From contig MCFE01000797.1 in the NCBI GenBank assembly GCA_002104905.1, positions 1-35,042 of the forward strand: a DNA stretch of 35,042 bases, given 5' to 3'. The position numbers and the translations under genes were made by a program. The notes beneath the pieces are model-generated. The model was not told where the DNA came from and did not search any database. It saw only the letters and a program-made list of their open reading frames with translations. Every line of letters starts with the position of its first letter. The first letter of the stretch is position 1. Source of the stretch: Basidiobolus meristosporus CBS 931.73 (Eukaryota; Fungi; Basidiobolomycota). Below are positions 8,873 to 20,749 of this stretch, piece by piece.

Positions 8873-11800
8873 ATGAGCCCAAAGCTGTCACTCTCTACAA
8901 TATCTACTATTGCTGTTACTGGAATTTTTCTCACTGCTGATAAGTTGGATGTATCTAACTACCAAGTGTGGAAGGTGAAGATGAAGATGCTGCTACAAGA
9001 GAGAGGCCTTTGGGATATTGTCATGGGAGAAGAATGCCCTCCTAAAAACATGGGAGAGGAAGCCTTAAAGTACCAGAAGAAAGAACAAAATGCCTTTAGC
9101 TGCATTTGCCTAAATGTTAAAGACAAATTGCTAATTCAATGCTCAAGAGAAAAAACAGCAAAGAATGCCTGGAAGGCATTAGAAGACACCTACCAGTCAT
9201 TTTCAGCTGCTAAGGAAATGCATCTGAGATAAAATTCTTTACTGCAAAGATACAGCCAGGAGAAGAAATGAAAAATCTAATTAACAGAATTACTCTGCTG
9301 GTAGATGAAATGAAATCTGTGGGTGTATTAACCACTGATGAGGATGTGATAGTTACCATCCTGAATAGCCTGACAGACAAGTTTCAGGGTCTTGTATCAG
9401 CCCTAGAGTCCAGAACTGAAGATTTGACCTTAAACTATGTATATGGAAGGCTCCTGGATGAAGAATTAAGAAAACCAAGCACCAATAAGAAGGAAGAAGA
9501 AAATGCTTTAATAAGCAATGAGAACCAACAAAGGAGGTACCCAAGACCCTGCAAAGGCAACAGCAATCTGCTTTGCTACTACTGCAAAAGGAAAGGACAC
9601 ACATCATACTGGTGTCTCAAAAAGAGTAATAATCAGCAAAAGAAGCCTGAATATGGAAATGCTGCAACAACTGAAGATAGACTATTCATATCTGCACCAA
9701 ATATGACCACAAACAAGGATTCTTAGATGTGGTACATTGACTCTGGAGCATCCCAACACTTTAAAAACCAAAAGAACGTTTTACCCAATATCAAGATATT
9801 GCAATTAAGAAGGTTTTCATAGGTGACAATAGAACACTTGATGCAGTTGGAGAAGGAACTATCCAAGTAAACCTTAGGAGCAGTGAAGGAAGCCATGCAC
9901 TGACGTTTAAAGAAGTACCCTTTGTACCAGAAATAGCCAAGAACCTACAATCTGTAAGCAAGGCCACCACAGAAGGACTCAGTTTCAACTTTCCCAATTC
10001 TGGATGCAAGATCACTGATCAAAATGGTGCCCATATTGCTTCAGGTATTGGAGATCAGAATCTATACAAGTTGACTTATATTCTATCATATTTGGAAGCC
10101 AATATAAGTAGCTTAAATGAAGAAACATCAATGCTTTGGCACAGCAGATTTGGGCACATCAACTTTGACTATTTGTGCAAAATGATCAAAGATCAGCTAA
10201 TTTCTGGTGTAAAAATTGATCCCCCTGCTAATTTGGGGCACTGTGAAGCCTGCATACATGAGAAACAAGCCAGACATCCATTCAAGAGCTCTAGGTTAAT
10301 CAAAACTAAGAAAAATTAGATCTAATTTACTCAGATCTGTGTGGACCTATGCAAAATTTATCCTTAGGCAGGATAAAGTATTTAATCACTTTTGTTGATG
10401 ATTATACAAGATACACATGGGTCTACTTCATGGAGAGAAAGGAAGAAGCTCTGTCTAAGTTCAGGGAGCTTAAAGCCATGGTGCAGAGTAAATCTGGTGA
10501 AAAAATCAAGATAATACACTCTAACAATGGTGGAGAATATACCTCAAACTCTTCATCCACTTTGGCAAAATTCATGGGATAAAGCAAGAGACTACTGTAC
10601 CATACTCCCCACAGCAAAATGGAGTAGCAGAATGTGCAAACAGAGCAATAACTGATATGGCAAGATCTATGATCCATGATCAAAAATTATCCTAAGATTT
10701 TTGGGCAGAATCAGTTGCTACAGCTGTATACCTTAAAAATAGGTGTCATAACAGAATACTTTGTGATTCTACTCATTTGAAGCATTGTATGGATACAGAC
10801 CAAGTGCAGAACATCTAAGAATATATGGGTGTACAGCATATGCAAGAAACTGCCTAGAAATCAGTCAAAATTTGAGCCAAAAAGTGTAAAATGCATATTT
10901 TTGGGCTACTGCAATGAGAGTAAAGTATACAGACTCTACAATACCAAAGCAAAGAAGCTAATCAAGTCCAGGGATGTGTTGTTTGATGAAAACTCAAAAT
11001 TTTCATAAAAAATGACATCAGATGATGACAAAAATTTGATCTCTAGTCCACCAATTGTCGGGATTGAATCAGAGCCAAACTATGAAATATTTTTCACTCC
11101 AGAGGACTCTATAACCATGGTTCAGCCTGAATCTGTGCCCAGAAATATCCCAGAAGTGATCATTCTAGTATCAAATGCCCAGAGATCCAATTGGACATGA
11201 AATAGCCCAAATAACTATATCAATGAGGGTACAAACTTAGCCTTTGCCTATTCAGTCCATATTGCTGAACCCCAGACTGTAAAAGAGGCCCTGAATAGCC
11301 CTCAGACAAAGTTTTGGAGATCTGCAATAACTAAGGAATATCAGGCCCTGATGGAAAATCAAACTTGGGACTTAGTCAAATTACCAATCAGCCAAAAATC
11401 AATTGGATGCAGATAGGCCTTCTAGAAAAAATACAAGGCTGATGGTACAATTGAAAGATACAAAGTAAGTCTTGTGGCTGTAGGATACTCTCAAACAAAA
11501 GGATTTGACTATACTGAGACCTCTGCACAGGTAGCCAAGCTTAATTCCATCAGATTAATATTGGCAATTGCAGCCCAATATAAATTTTTGTACATCAAAT
11601 GGATGTTAAAGCTGCATTTATGAATGGAGAACTTGATGAGGATGTGTATATGGACCAGCCTGATGGGTTTGTTGACCAAGATATCCCCCATATGGTCTGG
11701 AAGCTCAAAAAGTCACTATATGGTTTCAAACAATCACCAAGAGCCTGGAATTGCAAGATAGATTCTTATTTGGAATCTTTGAGTACCAAAAGGAATAATG

Positions 11801-12034
11801 CTGACTATAGTATATACTATAAGCCAGATAGAGCAAGTCCAGCACTATTAGCTCTATATGTGGATGACCATATTATATCCGCCAATAACCTAGAAACATT
11901 GGAAGAGACTAAATCCAGCCTATCTAAGAAGCTCAAGATATCCAATCTAGGAGAACTCAGTTACTACTTAGGGATTAAGTTCTCCATAGACAGAAGTACC
12001 CAGACTATTAACCTAAGCCAATCCAAGTATATTC
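8873..12034 (+). pseudogene. Copia B gag-PR-IN-RT (5' part), many stops and frameshifts
   Basis: ORF fragments 8741-9232, 9268-9726, 10071-10319, 10349-10582 and 11599-12063 match copy A's polyprotein. Confidence 0.95.
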
Positions 12035-12421
12035 TGTGGGTTATTACTGACTGTACTTGGTGAGTGGGAGAGCTTGTAGGTCAAGTCAGTACCACTTGGT
12101 TCAGAATAGCTTCCAATAGAAGGTAGCAAGGTAATAAAGACTTCTGTTTATTTCGTCCAAATCTTGTTGTTCTTCCTGGTTCAATTAGGTAGATATATAT
12201 ATCACTTGGGGGGGCTTAGACAATAGACAATGTGTTATAAAATAGGGGTGTGAACACCTTCCTGTTATGGTAAGTGTTCTAACTAGATAAGGGCAGGGAT
12301 AGGAGGGGAGGACACGTGGGGGAATCATAGGGAGGGTACTGGAGGACTTTGGGTAGAACTCTGGAGGGAACTCTTGGGAGAACTCTTGGGCAAAGAGTGG
12401 GTACTACATTGAGTACTCACA
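12035..12421 (-). repeat. Gypsy 3' LTR
   Basis: Repeat of 18777-19162. Sense strand has TATATATAT then AATAAA; U3 has a 12-bp tandem (GAACTCTTGGG x2 on the + strand). Confidence 0.96.
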
Positions 12422-12465
12422 TATCCCGGGGGTTAAGTGGGAGCTTTGTCCTCAAAGTTCTTTGA

Positions 12466-13635
12466 CTAACTTGCTTCTCCAGGATTGATTTCGTTTACGG
12501 AGCATGGGGAGTCACCGTAGTACCATTGCTGGTTGTCACTCACAAGGGGATTGTGGGCGAGTACCTGATACCATTTGGCGGCAGAGTGGGGTGCGGCCTG
12601 TGTTGCTTGAGGGATGTTTTCCACAGAGCCAAATAGTTGGCAAACCATAGGGTTCTGGGTAAGTTCCTTGGGAGGGTTGGAGAACGAGAAAAGGTGCAAT
12701 AGCGCAATAAAGTCTTGCTTCCTTATCTTGCAAACGTTATTGGGGCTTGTCCTTTTTGTGTTCAATATGACGGCGGGGGACCTTTTGAAGAGGGCGTACA
12801 CTCAGTTGGCAGTCACCCGTTGTTGATAACGAGTTTTTGCTTCTTCCAAGACGTATTGTAGTTCTTCCGTAGAAACTGTGGCGCAATTGAGGCGCTTTTG
12901 TACTCGCCTCATGGTTTCTACAGAATCCGCGGCGGTTTCTTTGGCTTCTTGGAGTTGGACTGCGTACTGATTCCTGAGTTGTCCTATGGTAAGCCACTGT
13001 AATAGTTGTAACACAGCAACTTGGTGGATTGCATGGGTTAACTGGCCGGTGTATTTAATCCGTTTGCGTATCTTCTCTAAGATGGTTCCTTCTTGGAAAT
13101 GTGGTTTGAGATGTTTGCGAATTTCTCGGAGGAGTCCTTCAATCAGGAGTTCTACTTCTGGTGCTCTTGCAGCTTGTACCAGGTCTGCGTATACCTCAAC
13201 AACCGTGGTACCTATTAATGGCAAGTATGCAACAAAACAGGGGGGCTCTTGAGGTCTTGTGAGGGCGTGACAGTTGATTCCGTGTGTCTTCTGTCTGACT
13301 GTGTCCAGTATGGATACGGGAATCAGCGCGGCGTCCTTCTCCTTAATGATCAAGGAGCCTCCTTTTAGGTGGTACACGGTCTTCTTGGGTAGTATCTCCA
13401 TGCTTTGTATTGGCGTGGGTAACTTGTCTTGTCCCTCTCTGATTGTGTCTTGTATTAGCATGACTGCTCCGGCAAAAAACTCTTCATAGGTGGCTCTCGT
13501 CATACATAACACTTGTACCATATCTCTTAACACTTGCAGGTCGGTTTTGTTTTCGATATCATCTTGGTTCTCACTAGTGGGAGGGGTATCGCCAGTTTTG
13601 GGTGAACTGTTTCCTTCGGCGCTTTCCATATGCAT
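12466..13635 (-). pseudogene. Gypsy ORF3, ~389 aa, unknown function, one internal TGA at 12802-12804
   Basis: Track ORFs 12802-13659 and 12466-12801 are in frame and abut. First ATG at 13635 (MHMESAEG...). Heptad-like Q/E/K/A-rich helix near aa 215-280. No signal peptide or clear TM segment. Confidence 0.75.
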
Positions 13636-13764
13636 TCTTTTGTTCTCCCCTTTGGGCAAACTCCCTTGCGCATATTATTTGTACCTATATCAACTAAAAT
13701 CTCCTCTAATAAACTTCGAATGTATCCCGTGTCTTCCTCTATCCTTGTCCTGATAATTGTTTAA

Positions 13765-16700
13765 TCACACTTTGGTCTCAGTGATGATCGGTGGATCATC
13801 ATGAAACGGTTTCAGATGGGCTGGCGCTACGTTGCTGATTGTCTTATTATTCAGGGTGATGGTGTACTTTGGTCCGTGGTCCAAACTGATAACGGTGCAT
13901 GGGCCAATCTATCGGGGTGTAAATTGTGGGCGGAACTTGAGGCCTGCAACGGTTTGGTCGTACCACACCTTATTGCCTGGTTTCCACTTTCGTCTCGTTA
14001 GTTTCTCATTTTTGGGTGGAGGGGGAAGGTGCTTGTCAACATTTTCGAATACTTTTATGTATGGGTGGGCGATACGGTGTATCAACCTTTCTATATAGTT
14101 GTTATGTGTTGTCAGGGGGACACCTTCCATCGTCAATCCAGCTTCCTCCCGCCACTTGGGTCTTTGTCCATATAGGATTTCATATGGGGTGAAACCCGTT
14201 GTTTTATTTGGTGTGGTGCGCATTGCTAGGAGTGTCAGTGGGAGCAGCTTGGCCCATGATTGGGGAAGTTCCCAATGAAGCTTCTCCAGTATGCGGCAAC
14301 ATGTCTGGTTCATCCTCTTGGTTAATCCGTTAGTCTGGGGGTGATGTGTGGCCGTGAAGACTTGTTTTGCGCCCATCATTTTGCACAGGTGGGCCACGGT
14401 GTCATTCAGGAAGGAACCACCATTGTCGGACAGGAGTATCTGAGGATATCCGTGTCGGCAGATGAGGTGTTCTAGAATGAATTGGGCGGTTGTCTTCTGA
14501 TCTTTATTGCGGATGGCTTGGGCTTCTACCCACTTTGAGAAATAATTGGTAGCGATTATTATGTATTGTTCTCCTTTCTTTGTTTTCATAAAGGGGCCAA
14601 CAAAGTCAATCCCTACTCAGTGGAAGGGCAGGTCAACCGGTATTGGTGCGGTTGTCCCTATCTTCTGACTCCGGTTGAATCTTTTGCAAGTGGTGCATCT
14701 TTGTAACGTATTCGTAATGTCAGTCATCATTTTTTGCCAATAAAACGTTTTTCTTAACATCTTATATGTTGTTAGGGGGTTAGCGTGTGCTAATGACATA
14801 TGTCTTTCTTGTATGATTTCTTCACGGGCTGCTAGTGGGGGTACCTTGGCTCTGGACTGTCCTTGGAGGAACCATAGTCAATTTTCTTGTACTTTGTACT
14901 GACACCATTTCCTTCGAAATTCTCTCTTCTGTTTGTTTGTAACAACGTGTTTGGGACACCTCCCTTTCTTTTTAAAGCAGATTACGTCCTTGTACTCATC
15001 ACTGACACGTATTTGGCAAACGGGATAGTGACTGAGGAAGTCTGCATCCTGGTGTTTCTTGCCAGTGCGGTGAATTATTTCAAAGTTGTATTGCTGTAGT
15101 TGTAGGGCCCAACGTGCTAGTCGGCCGGTAAAGTCTTTAGTTTTCATCAGCCAGACCAGTGCGCTGTGGTCTGTTACTATCGTGAATTGGCAACCATGTA
15201 TGTATGTATGGAATTGTTTAATTGAATAAACAACAGCCAGACATTCTATCTCGGTAACAGGGTAGTGGCGTTTGTGTTTGTTTAGCGAACGGCTCACGTA
15301 ACCGATCGGGTGGAATTCGCCGGGTTGGTGGTATTGTCCCAGTACGGCGCCTATACCGGTGAGGCTTCCATCACAGTTGATAAAAAATCTTGCATCCCAT
15401 TTGGGAAATCGTAACACTGGCGGTGATGTCAGGGAATGTTTCAGCTGATCAAATGCTCTCTTTTGAGGCTCCGACCATACAAAACACTGGCCCTTTCACG
15501 TCAATTCTTATAGGGGGGCTGCTATTGTCGCGAAGTTTTTGACAAAGCGGCGATAGTAGCCGGCTAATCCTAGGAATCCCAACACTGCATTAATGTCCTT
15601 TGGTGCAGGTGCATTTTGAACGGCTTTCAGGAGTGACGTAGATGGGTATATTCCATCTGCCAAGATCTTGTGGCCCAGGAACAACAATTTTGTATACAGG
15701 AAATGGCCCTTCTTGGGATGTAGTTTGAGTTGGTTCTTGAGGAGGGATGTCAGGATACGTTGCACGTTGTGTATATGTTCTTCTACATTGGGGGAATATA
15801 TTGTGATGTCGTCCAGATACACAAGGGCGCATTCCCATTGTATATTTCCTAGCACCTTGTTGATCATCCTTTGGAACGTAGCGGGGGCATTGCACAAGCC
15901 AAAGGGTAGTCGGTTCCATTCATATAATCCAAACAATGTTATAAAAGCGGTTTTGGGTTGATCTTCCGGGGCTACTTCTACTTGCCAATACCCGGAGATT
16001 AAGTCAAGAGAGCTAAAATATTTAGCTCTGATTAATCTGTCCAAGAGGTTGTCTATTTGCGGTAGCGGATACACGTCCTTCCGGGTGACGGCGTTCAATT
16101 TCCGGTAGTCGATGCAAAAGCGTTGCTTTCCGTCTTTCTTTGGGACTATCACTACGGGGGAGGCCCACGGAGACTGGCTCTCTGTAATGATGTTGTCTTT
16201 TAATAAAGTTTCAATCGTCTCTTTGATATAGTCTGTGTCAATTTTCAAATTCCTATAGGCTTTTTGCTTGATGGGGTATTTGTCGGCAAGGTGAATTTGG
16301 TGATATACCCCAGGTATATGACCAATTACTTGGTTCTTAGAGAATACTTGGGCAAGCGGACGTATTCCTTCTAGGAATTTGTCTCGTAACGTAGGCAGTA
16401 GACCAGGGTCCACATCTAGTTCGGGGAGTTCTTCTTCTGGTTCTTTGTTTGGAGGTGGTCCTTGGTTGTTTCCGTCGACTTCCTCTAAGTTTAACAATGG
16501 CACTCCTCTAGGCAATGTCACCGTATGTTGCCCGTTGTTAACCACTAAGCATTTCAGGCTTTGCGTTTCAAATTTCGGTGGTATCCATACTTTAGGGATC
16601 AAGATTCCTTCCAGTTGCTTGGATGCTTTTGCTGCGGTTATCATTCTTCCGCTTGTTGAATAAGCTATTGGTGTTTCTAATGAGATCACCATCTCACTGG

Positions 16701-17600
16701 CGGGTGGTATTTTTATCACCTTTCATGTGATGATCGGAGACTGCGACGGTTTCACCTCTTTGATCGTCACACTGTTGCTACGCGCCTTGCTCTCATTGGT
16801 GATATGAATCAGTGGGATACTCTCGGTATCCCACCTGAGTTCAGATGCACTGTAAAGTATATCCATCTTATGTTGGATAAACCAACTCTCGCCAATGAGT
16901 AAGTCGTTGGCTGCGACGGGTAGGACCACGACATCTTGGCGTATTATCAAGTTGCCTAGCCGAATGGAGCAATTAGGCACCACACCTACCGTTGTATCCA
17001 GTTGGTCATTTGCTAGCCGTACTCAAATGGTGTTGTTGGGGACTATATTTAGTTTTAGACATTTTGCTAATGACTCTGACATGATCAACGTAGAGGATCC
17101 TGTGTCGATAAGGGCAAGAATCTCCTTATTCTCTATATGTACCTTTACGTATGTACCTTTATTTGGTTTTTGCAGGACCATCTGGTTGACATGGAGGGTT
17201 GTTATCTCCTTCAATCCCTCTATCAGTTCCTTGACTAGAGCCGGGGCCAGTCCCAGTAAATTGGTTATTGGGAGGGTTGCCTTGGTTTGCTCTAGTACCT
17301 TCATTATGGGGAATAGGCCATGGGAAGACGTGCTAGCGTTCTTTGTTTGCTTTAACACTTCTTCCCAAGGTTCATTCCGTACTTCTTCACCTAATTCCGC
17401 GCTCTTTCCTTTTGACAGAACCTCTACTACAGGTTCCTTTGCCTCCTCACTAGAAGCATCATGTCGACGCTTCTTCTTCCGCACTTTGATTGTCCTGACC
17501 GGAGGGCTTAGATTGACTGAGTCCCGTTGGCCTCCTGGCGAGGGACTCTGTCTTTTGACGCCTTCTTCTCTTTTGTGTCCGGTACGGCTTCTCTTCCGTA
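13765..17600 (-). pseudogene. Gypsy pol (PR, RT, RNase H, IN); 7 premature stops, no frameshifts
   Basis: LIDTGSS (PR); SPWASPVVIVPKKDG..RFCIDYRKLN, LPFGL, YLDD (RT); CDGS..GIGAVL, TDHSAL (RH); H..C..C, GIDFVGP, SDNG, HPQTNG (IN); WIGP-type GPY/F motif. All track ORFs are in one frame. No chromodomain seen. Confidence 0.95.
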
Positions 17601-18735
17601 CCGTTTTTCACATTCATGGGCCCAGTGACCTACTTCTCCACACACATAACACGGATACTGTTGTCACGGTTGTTCCATCTGTTGGGTCAGGACTTGAACC
17701 TGGGCCTTTAGATCTATGACAGCTTCCCAGAGTTTATCACCTTCTTTGGGGACTTCTTGGACATTGTTGATCAAGAGTTCTTGGACCTTTCGCCGTAATT
17801 CCTCTAACTCATGGTCTTTTGGGGAGGCAATTTTTCCTTTCTTACGGGGGATCCCTGTCCTTCAATCATTCGTATCACAATAGGGTAGCCCCTGTTGTAA
17901 AAATTCGTATTTTCCACCTAAATATTCACCTAACTTAGTCACTTAGATCATCATCTTCAAATCCTAGAGAATACTGACCAAATTCCTTGTTGGGATTTAC
18001 TTAGAATATTTTCACCAAAATACCAGGTACCCAGAACATGAAAATTCTCAAAGTTGTCCAAACAGCCCCACACTTTGCACACATGTTCTTGGGACCTTCC
18101 TTAACCTATTCTACGTGTTTGTAATGCCAAGACCATGTAAAAGTATAAATACTACTTTTACATTCAATAAATCATTAAGTGAAAACCACATAATCTACTT
18201 GTTCTCCCAATCACTTCCAATATCTCCAAGACTCTTACAACAGCCCCCATAGCAAGATGACCCCTCGTACTTGTTTGACCAACTCTTGCAACGTTTTACA
18301 TCCCTGTTGTTCTTTGGACACCCTACATCTTATTTTGGTGTCTAAGCCCATGATGTAATACCTCATGAGCTGTTGTTTGGCAATTTTGTCCTTTGGGAGA
18401 CATCAAACTCGTTGGAGAAACAGTTCAGTGTAGGCTTCATAGCTTTCACTGCTTTTCTTCCGCAAGGACAGTAGAAGGGCTTTGTAGTGGTATCCTTTGG
18501 CATATAGAAAGCGTGTCTTGTAGGCTTCTTCTAGTGTATCCCAGTCATCTTTGACTGCGTCTTCCAACCCATAATGCCATCGCCATGCTGACCCTTCCAT
18601 ATGTCTTGCAAACTCTCTTACTTTCTTATTGTTGTCCCATCCTGCATCAACCGCAACTCTCTCAAACTTATCAAACCACTCAAGGGCTTTCTCTCTCTTT
18701 CCCTTGTATGTTTTTAGTTTGATTGTAGTAGTCAT
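17508..18735 (-). pseudogene. Gypsy gag, interrupted by a copia-A solo LTR
   Basis: ATG 18735 (..EWFDKFE...W...ARHMEGSAWRW..). After removing the solo LTR and one TSD copy the frame continues through 3 TGA stops to zinc knuckle CYVCGEVGHWAHEC (17610-17651) and TAA at 17508. Confidence 0.9.
17893..18242 (+). mobile_element. Solo LTR of copia family A (S1)
   Basis: 350 bp, ~98% identical to copy A LTRs; TSD GCCCC on both sides; no PBS or PPT. Confidence 0.96.
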
Positions 18736-18754
18736 TACCTCACTTGTGCTTATT

Positions 18755-18772
18755 TCCGCAGAGACGGCACCA
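18755..18772 (-). other. Gypsy PBS TGGTGCCGTCTCTGCGGA (3'-end tRNA priming, His-like)
   Basis: Starts 4 nt after the 5' LTR with TGG. The complement GAGACGGCACCA resembles the 3' end of eukaryotic tRNA-His; tRNA identity is inferred. Confidence 0.7.
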
Positions 18773-18776
18773 AATA

Positions 18777-19162
18777 TGTGGGTTATTACTGACTGTACTT
18801 GGTGAGTGGGAGAGCTTGTAGGTCAAGTCAGTACCACTTGGTTCAGAATAGCTTCTGATAGAAGGTAGCAAGGTAATAAAGACTTCTGTTTATTTCGTCC
18901 AAATCTCGTTGTTCTTCCTGGTTCAATTGGGTAGATATATATATCACTTGGGGGGGCTTAGACAATAGACAATGTGTTATAAAATAGGGGTGTGAACACC
19001 TTCCTGTTATGGTAAGTGTTCTAACTAGATAAGGGCAGGGATAGGAGGGGAGGACGCGTTGGGAATCATAGGGAGGGTACTGGAGGACTTTGGGTAGGAC
19101 TCTGGAGGGAACTCTTGGGAGAACTCTTGGGCAAAGAGTGGGTACTACATTGAGTACTCACA
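18777..19162 (-). repeat. Gypsy 5' LTR
   Basis: Repeat of 12035-12421; followed by the PBS and by the gag ATG 42 nt downstream. Confidence 0.96.
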
Positions 19163-19167
19163 TATTC

Positions 19168-19966
19168 AAGATGTACTAAAGAAGCACAAAATGGAAGACT
19201 GTAAACCAGCAGCTACCCCAATGGCGACAAACCTTAACATGATCAAAACTCAACCAAATTAAGAGAGCTGGGTGCCATCTGAAAGCCCTTACTTTCCTAA
19301 ACAATCTATGGTCAGCAGTCTGATGTATATCATGCTTGGAACAGCATCAGATATCTCACATTCAGTGGGAGTTGTCAGCCAACATAATCAGAACTATGGA
19401 GCTGATCATATTGCAGCAGTTAAGTGGATTTTCAGATACCTAAAAGGAACTGCTGATATCTGCTTAAGATACACCTATAAGGATTTAGAACAGGGTCTTG
19501 TGGGATACTCTAATGCAGAATAGGGACAAAACCTGGAAGACAGAAGATCCACCACAGAATACATATTTCTTCACTGTAAAGGAGCAATTTCATTGAATTC
19601 AAGAATGCAACCAACCATAGCACTTTCTACCACAGAGGCTGAGTATATGGCAGACTTTGAAGCTACAAAAGAAGAAATGTGGTTAAGAAAGCTTTTTGCA
19701 GCTTTAGGCCTATGTCAAAAAACACCTGTTACTTTATTTCAAGATAATCAAGGATGTATGCAATTAGGTAGAAATCCAACTTTTCATACTAGAACTAAGC
19801 ACATAGATATTAGACATCATTTCATATGTGAAGCTATAGAGAGTAACTTAGCTTAGTTTACTGTCCTTCAGATGAAATGATTGCAGAGATATTCACCAAA
19901 CCATTAGCTAGAGACAAGTTTGAATATCTTAGGTCAAAATTAGGACTGGTCAGTATGAACATTTAG
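19168..19966 (+). pseudogene. Copia B RT end and RNase H (3' part)
   Basis: ORFs 19272-19523 and 19593-19856 match copy A's C-terminus; joins seamlessly to 12034 across the TATTC TSD. Confidence 0.95.
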
Positions 19967-20749
19967 CCAAGTGGGAGTGTTGTAAAAAAATTGGAATCCC
20001 ACCTGAATATTCACCTAGCATAGTCACTTAGATCATTACCTTCAAATCCTAGAGAATACTGACCAAATTCCTTGTTGGGATTTACTTAGAATATTTTCAC
20101 CAGAATACCTGTACCCAGAACATGAAAATTCCCAAAGTTGTCCAAACAGCCACAAACTTTGCACACATGTTTTTGGGATCTTCCTTAACCTATTCTACAT
20201 GTTTGTAATACCAAAACCATGTAAAAGTATAAATACCACTTTTACATTCAATAAATCATTTAGTGAAAACCACATAAACTACTTGTCCACCCAATCACCT
20301 CCAATCACTTCCAACATCTCCAAGACTCTTACCACAAAAAATAATCACACCCCAGATTTCACAAAAAACTTAGTCAAAATTTTTCATCACAACAATATAT
20401 ATGTGGCTTTTGATTGGTTCCCTGCAAATTTGCTCACTTTTTAATCCTGGACACTCTATCACCTCCTACATTTGTGTGCCATGATTGGCTATTGTCTCAT
20501 TTTCACACTCCTTACTTTCTGACTCAACAGTTTCTATTACTTTTCATGCTTACAAATTGATTAATTTCCATTGAAGCTTCAGTTGTACTTCAACTGCCAA
20601 TTGTATTGACCTATACAAGTCCCTATACCCTACACTAACATTAAGCCCAACCCCACACTTAATAAGTAACTCCATTGAAATTCACCACTCAATAAGTATT
20701 TTGGCTGTCATCCACTGGTTCCACAACTTTGGCAAGATCCCAACGGCTT

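Larger units (their letters stand above)
12035..19162 (-). mobile_element. Ty3/gypsy LTR retrotransposon with an extra ORF, inserted in the RT of copia B
   Basis: LTRs 12035-12421 (387 bp) and 18777-19162 (386 bp), about 7 substitutions plus 1 indel; TG...CA ends; TSD TATTC (12030-12034, 19163-19167); PR-RT-RH-IN order. Confidence 0.97.
8519..20336 (+). mobile_element. Degenerate copia family A element (copy B), split by the gypsy element
   Basis: LTRs 8519-8868 and 19978-20336 (roughly 85-90% identical by manual count; 3' LTR has a ~9-bp duplication); TSD AAAAA (8514-8518, 20337-20341); PBS 8869-8880; PPT AAGTGGGAG 19969-19977; colinear with copy A. Confidence 0.95.

Noticed and set aside
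12466-13635. Calling ORF3 an envelope gene
   Set aside because: No signal peptide, basic cleavage site or C-terminal TM helix is visible.
16895-17719. 274-aa + strand ORF inside the gypsy
   Set aside because: Antisense shadow of gag-pro; S/T/L/F-rich with no recognisable motif.
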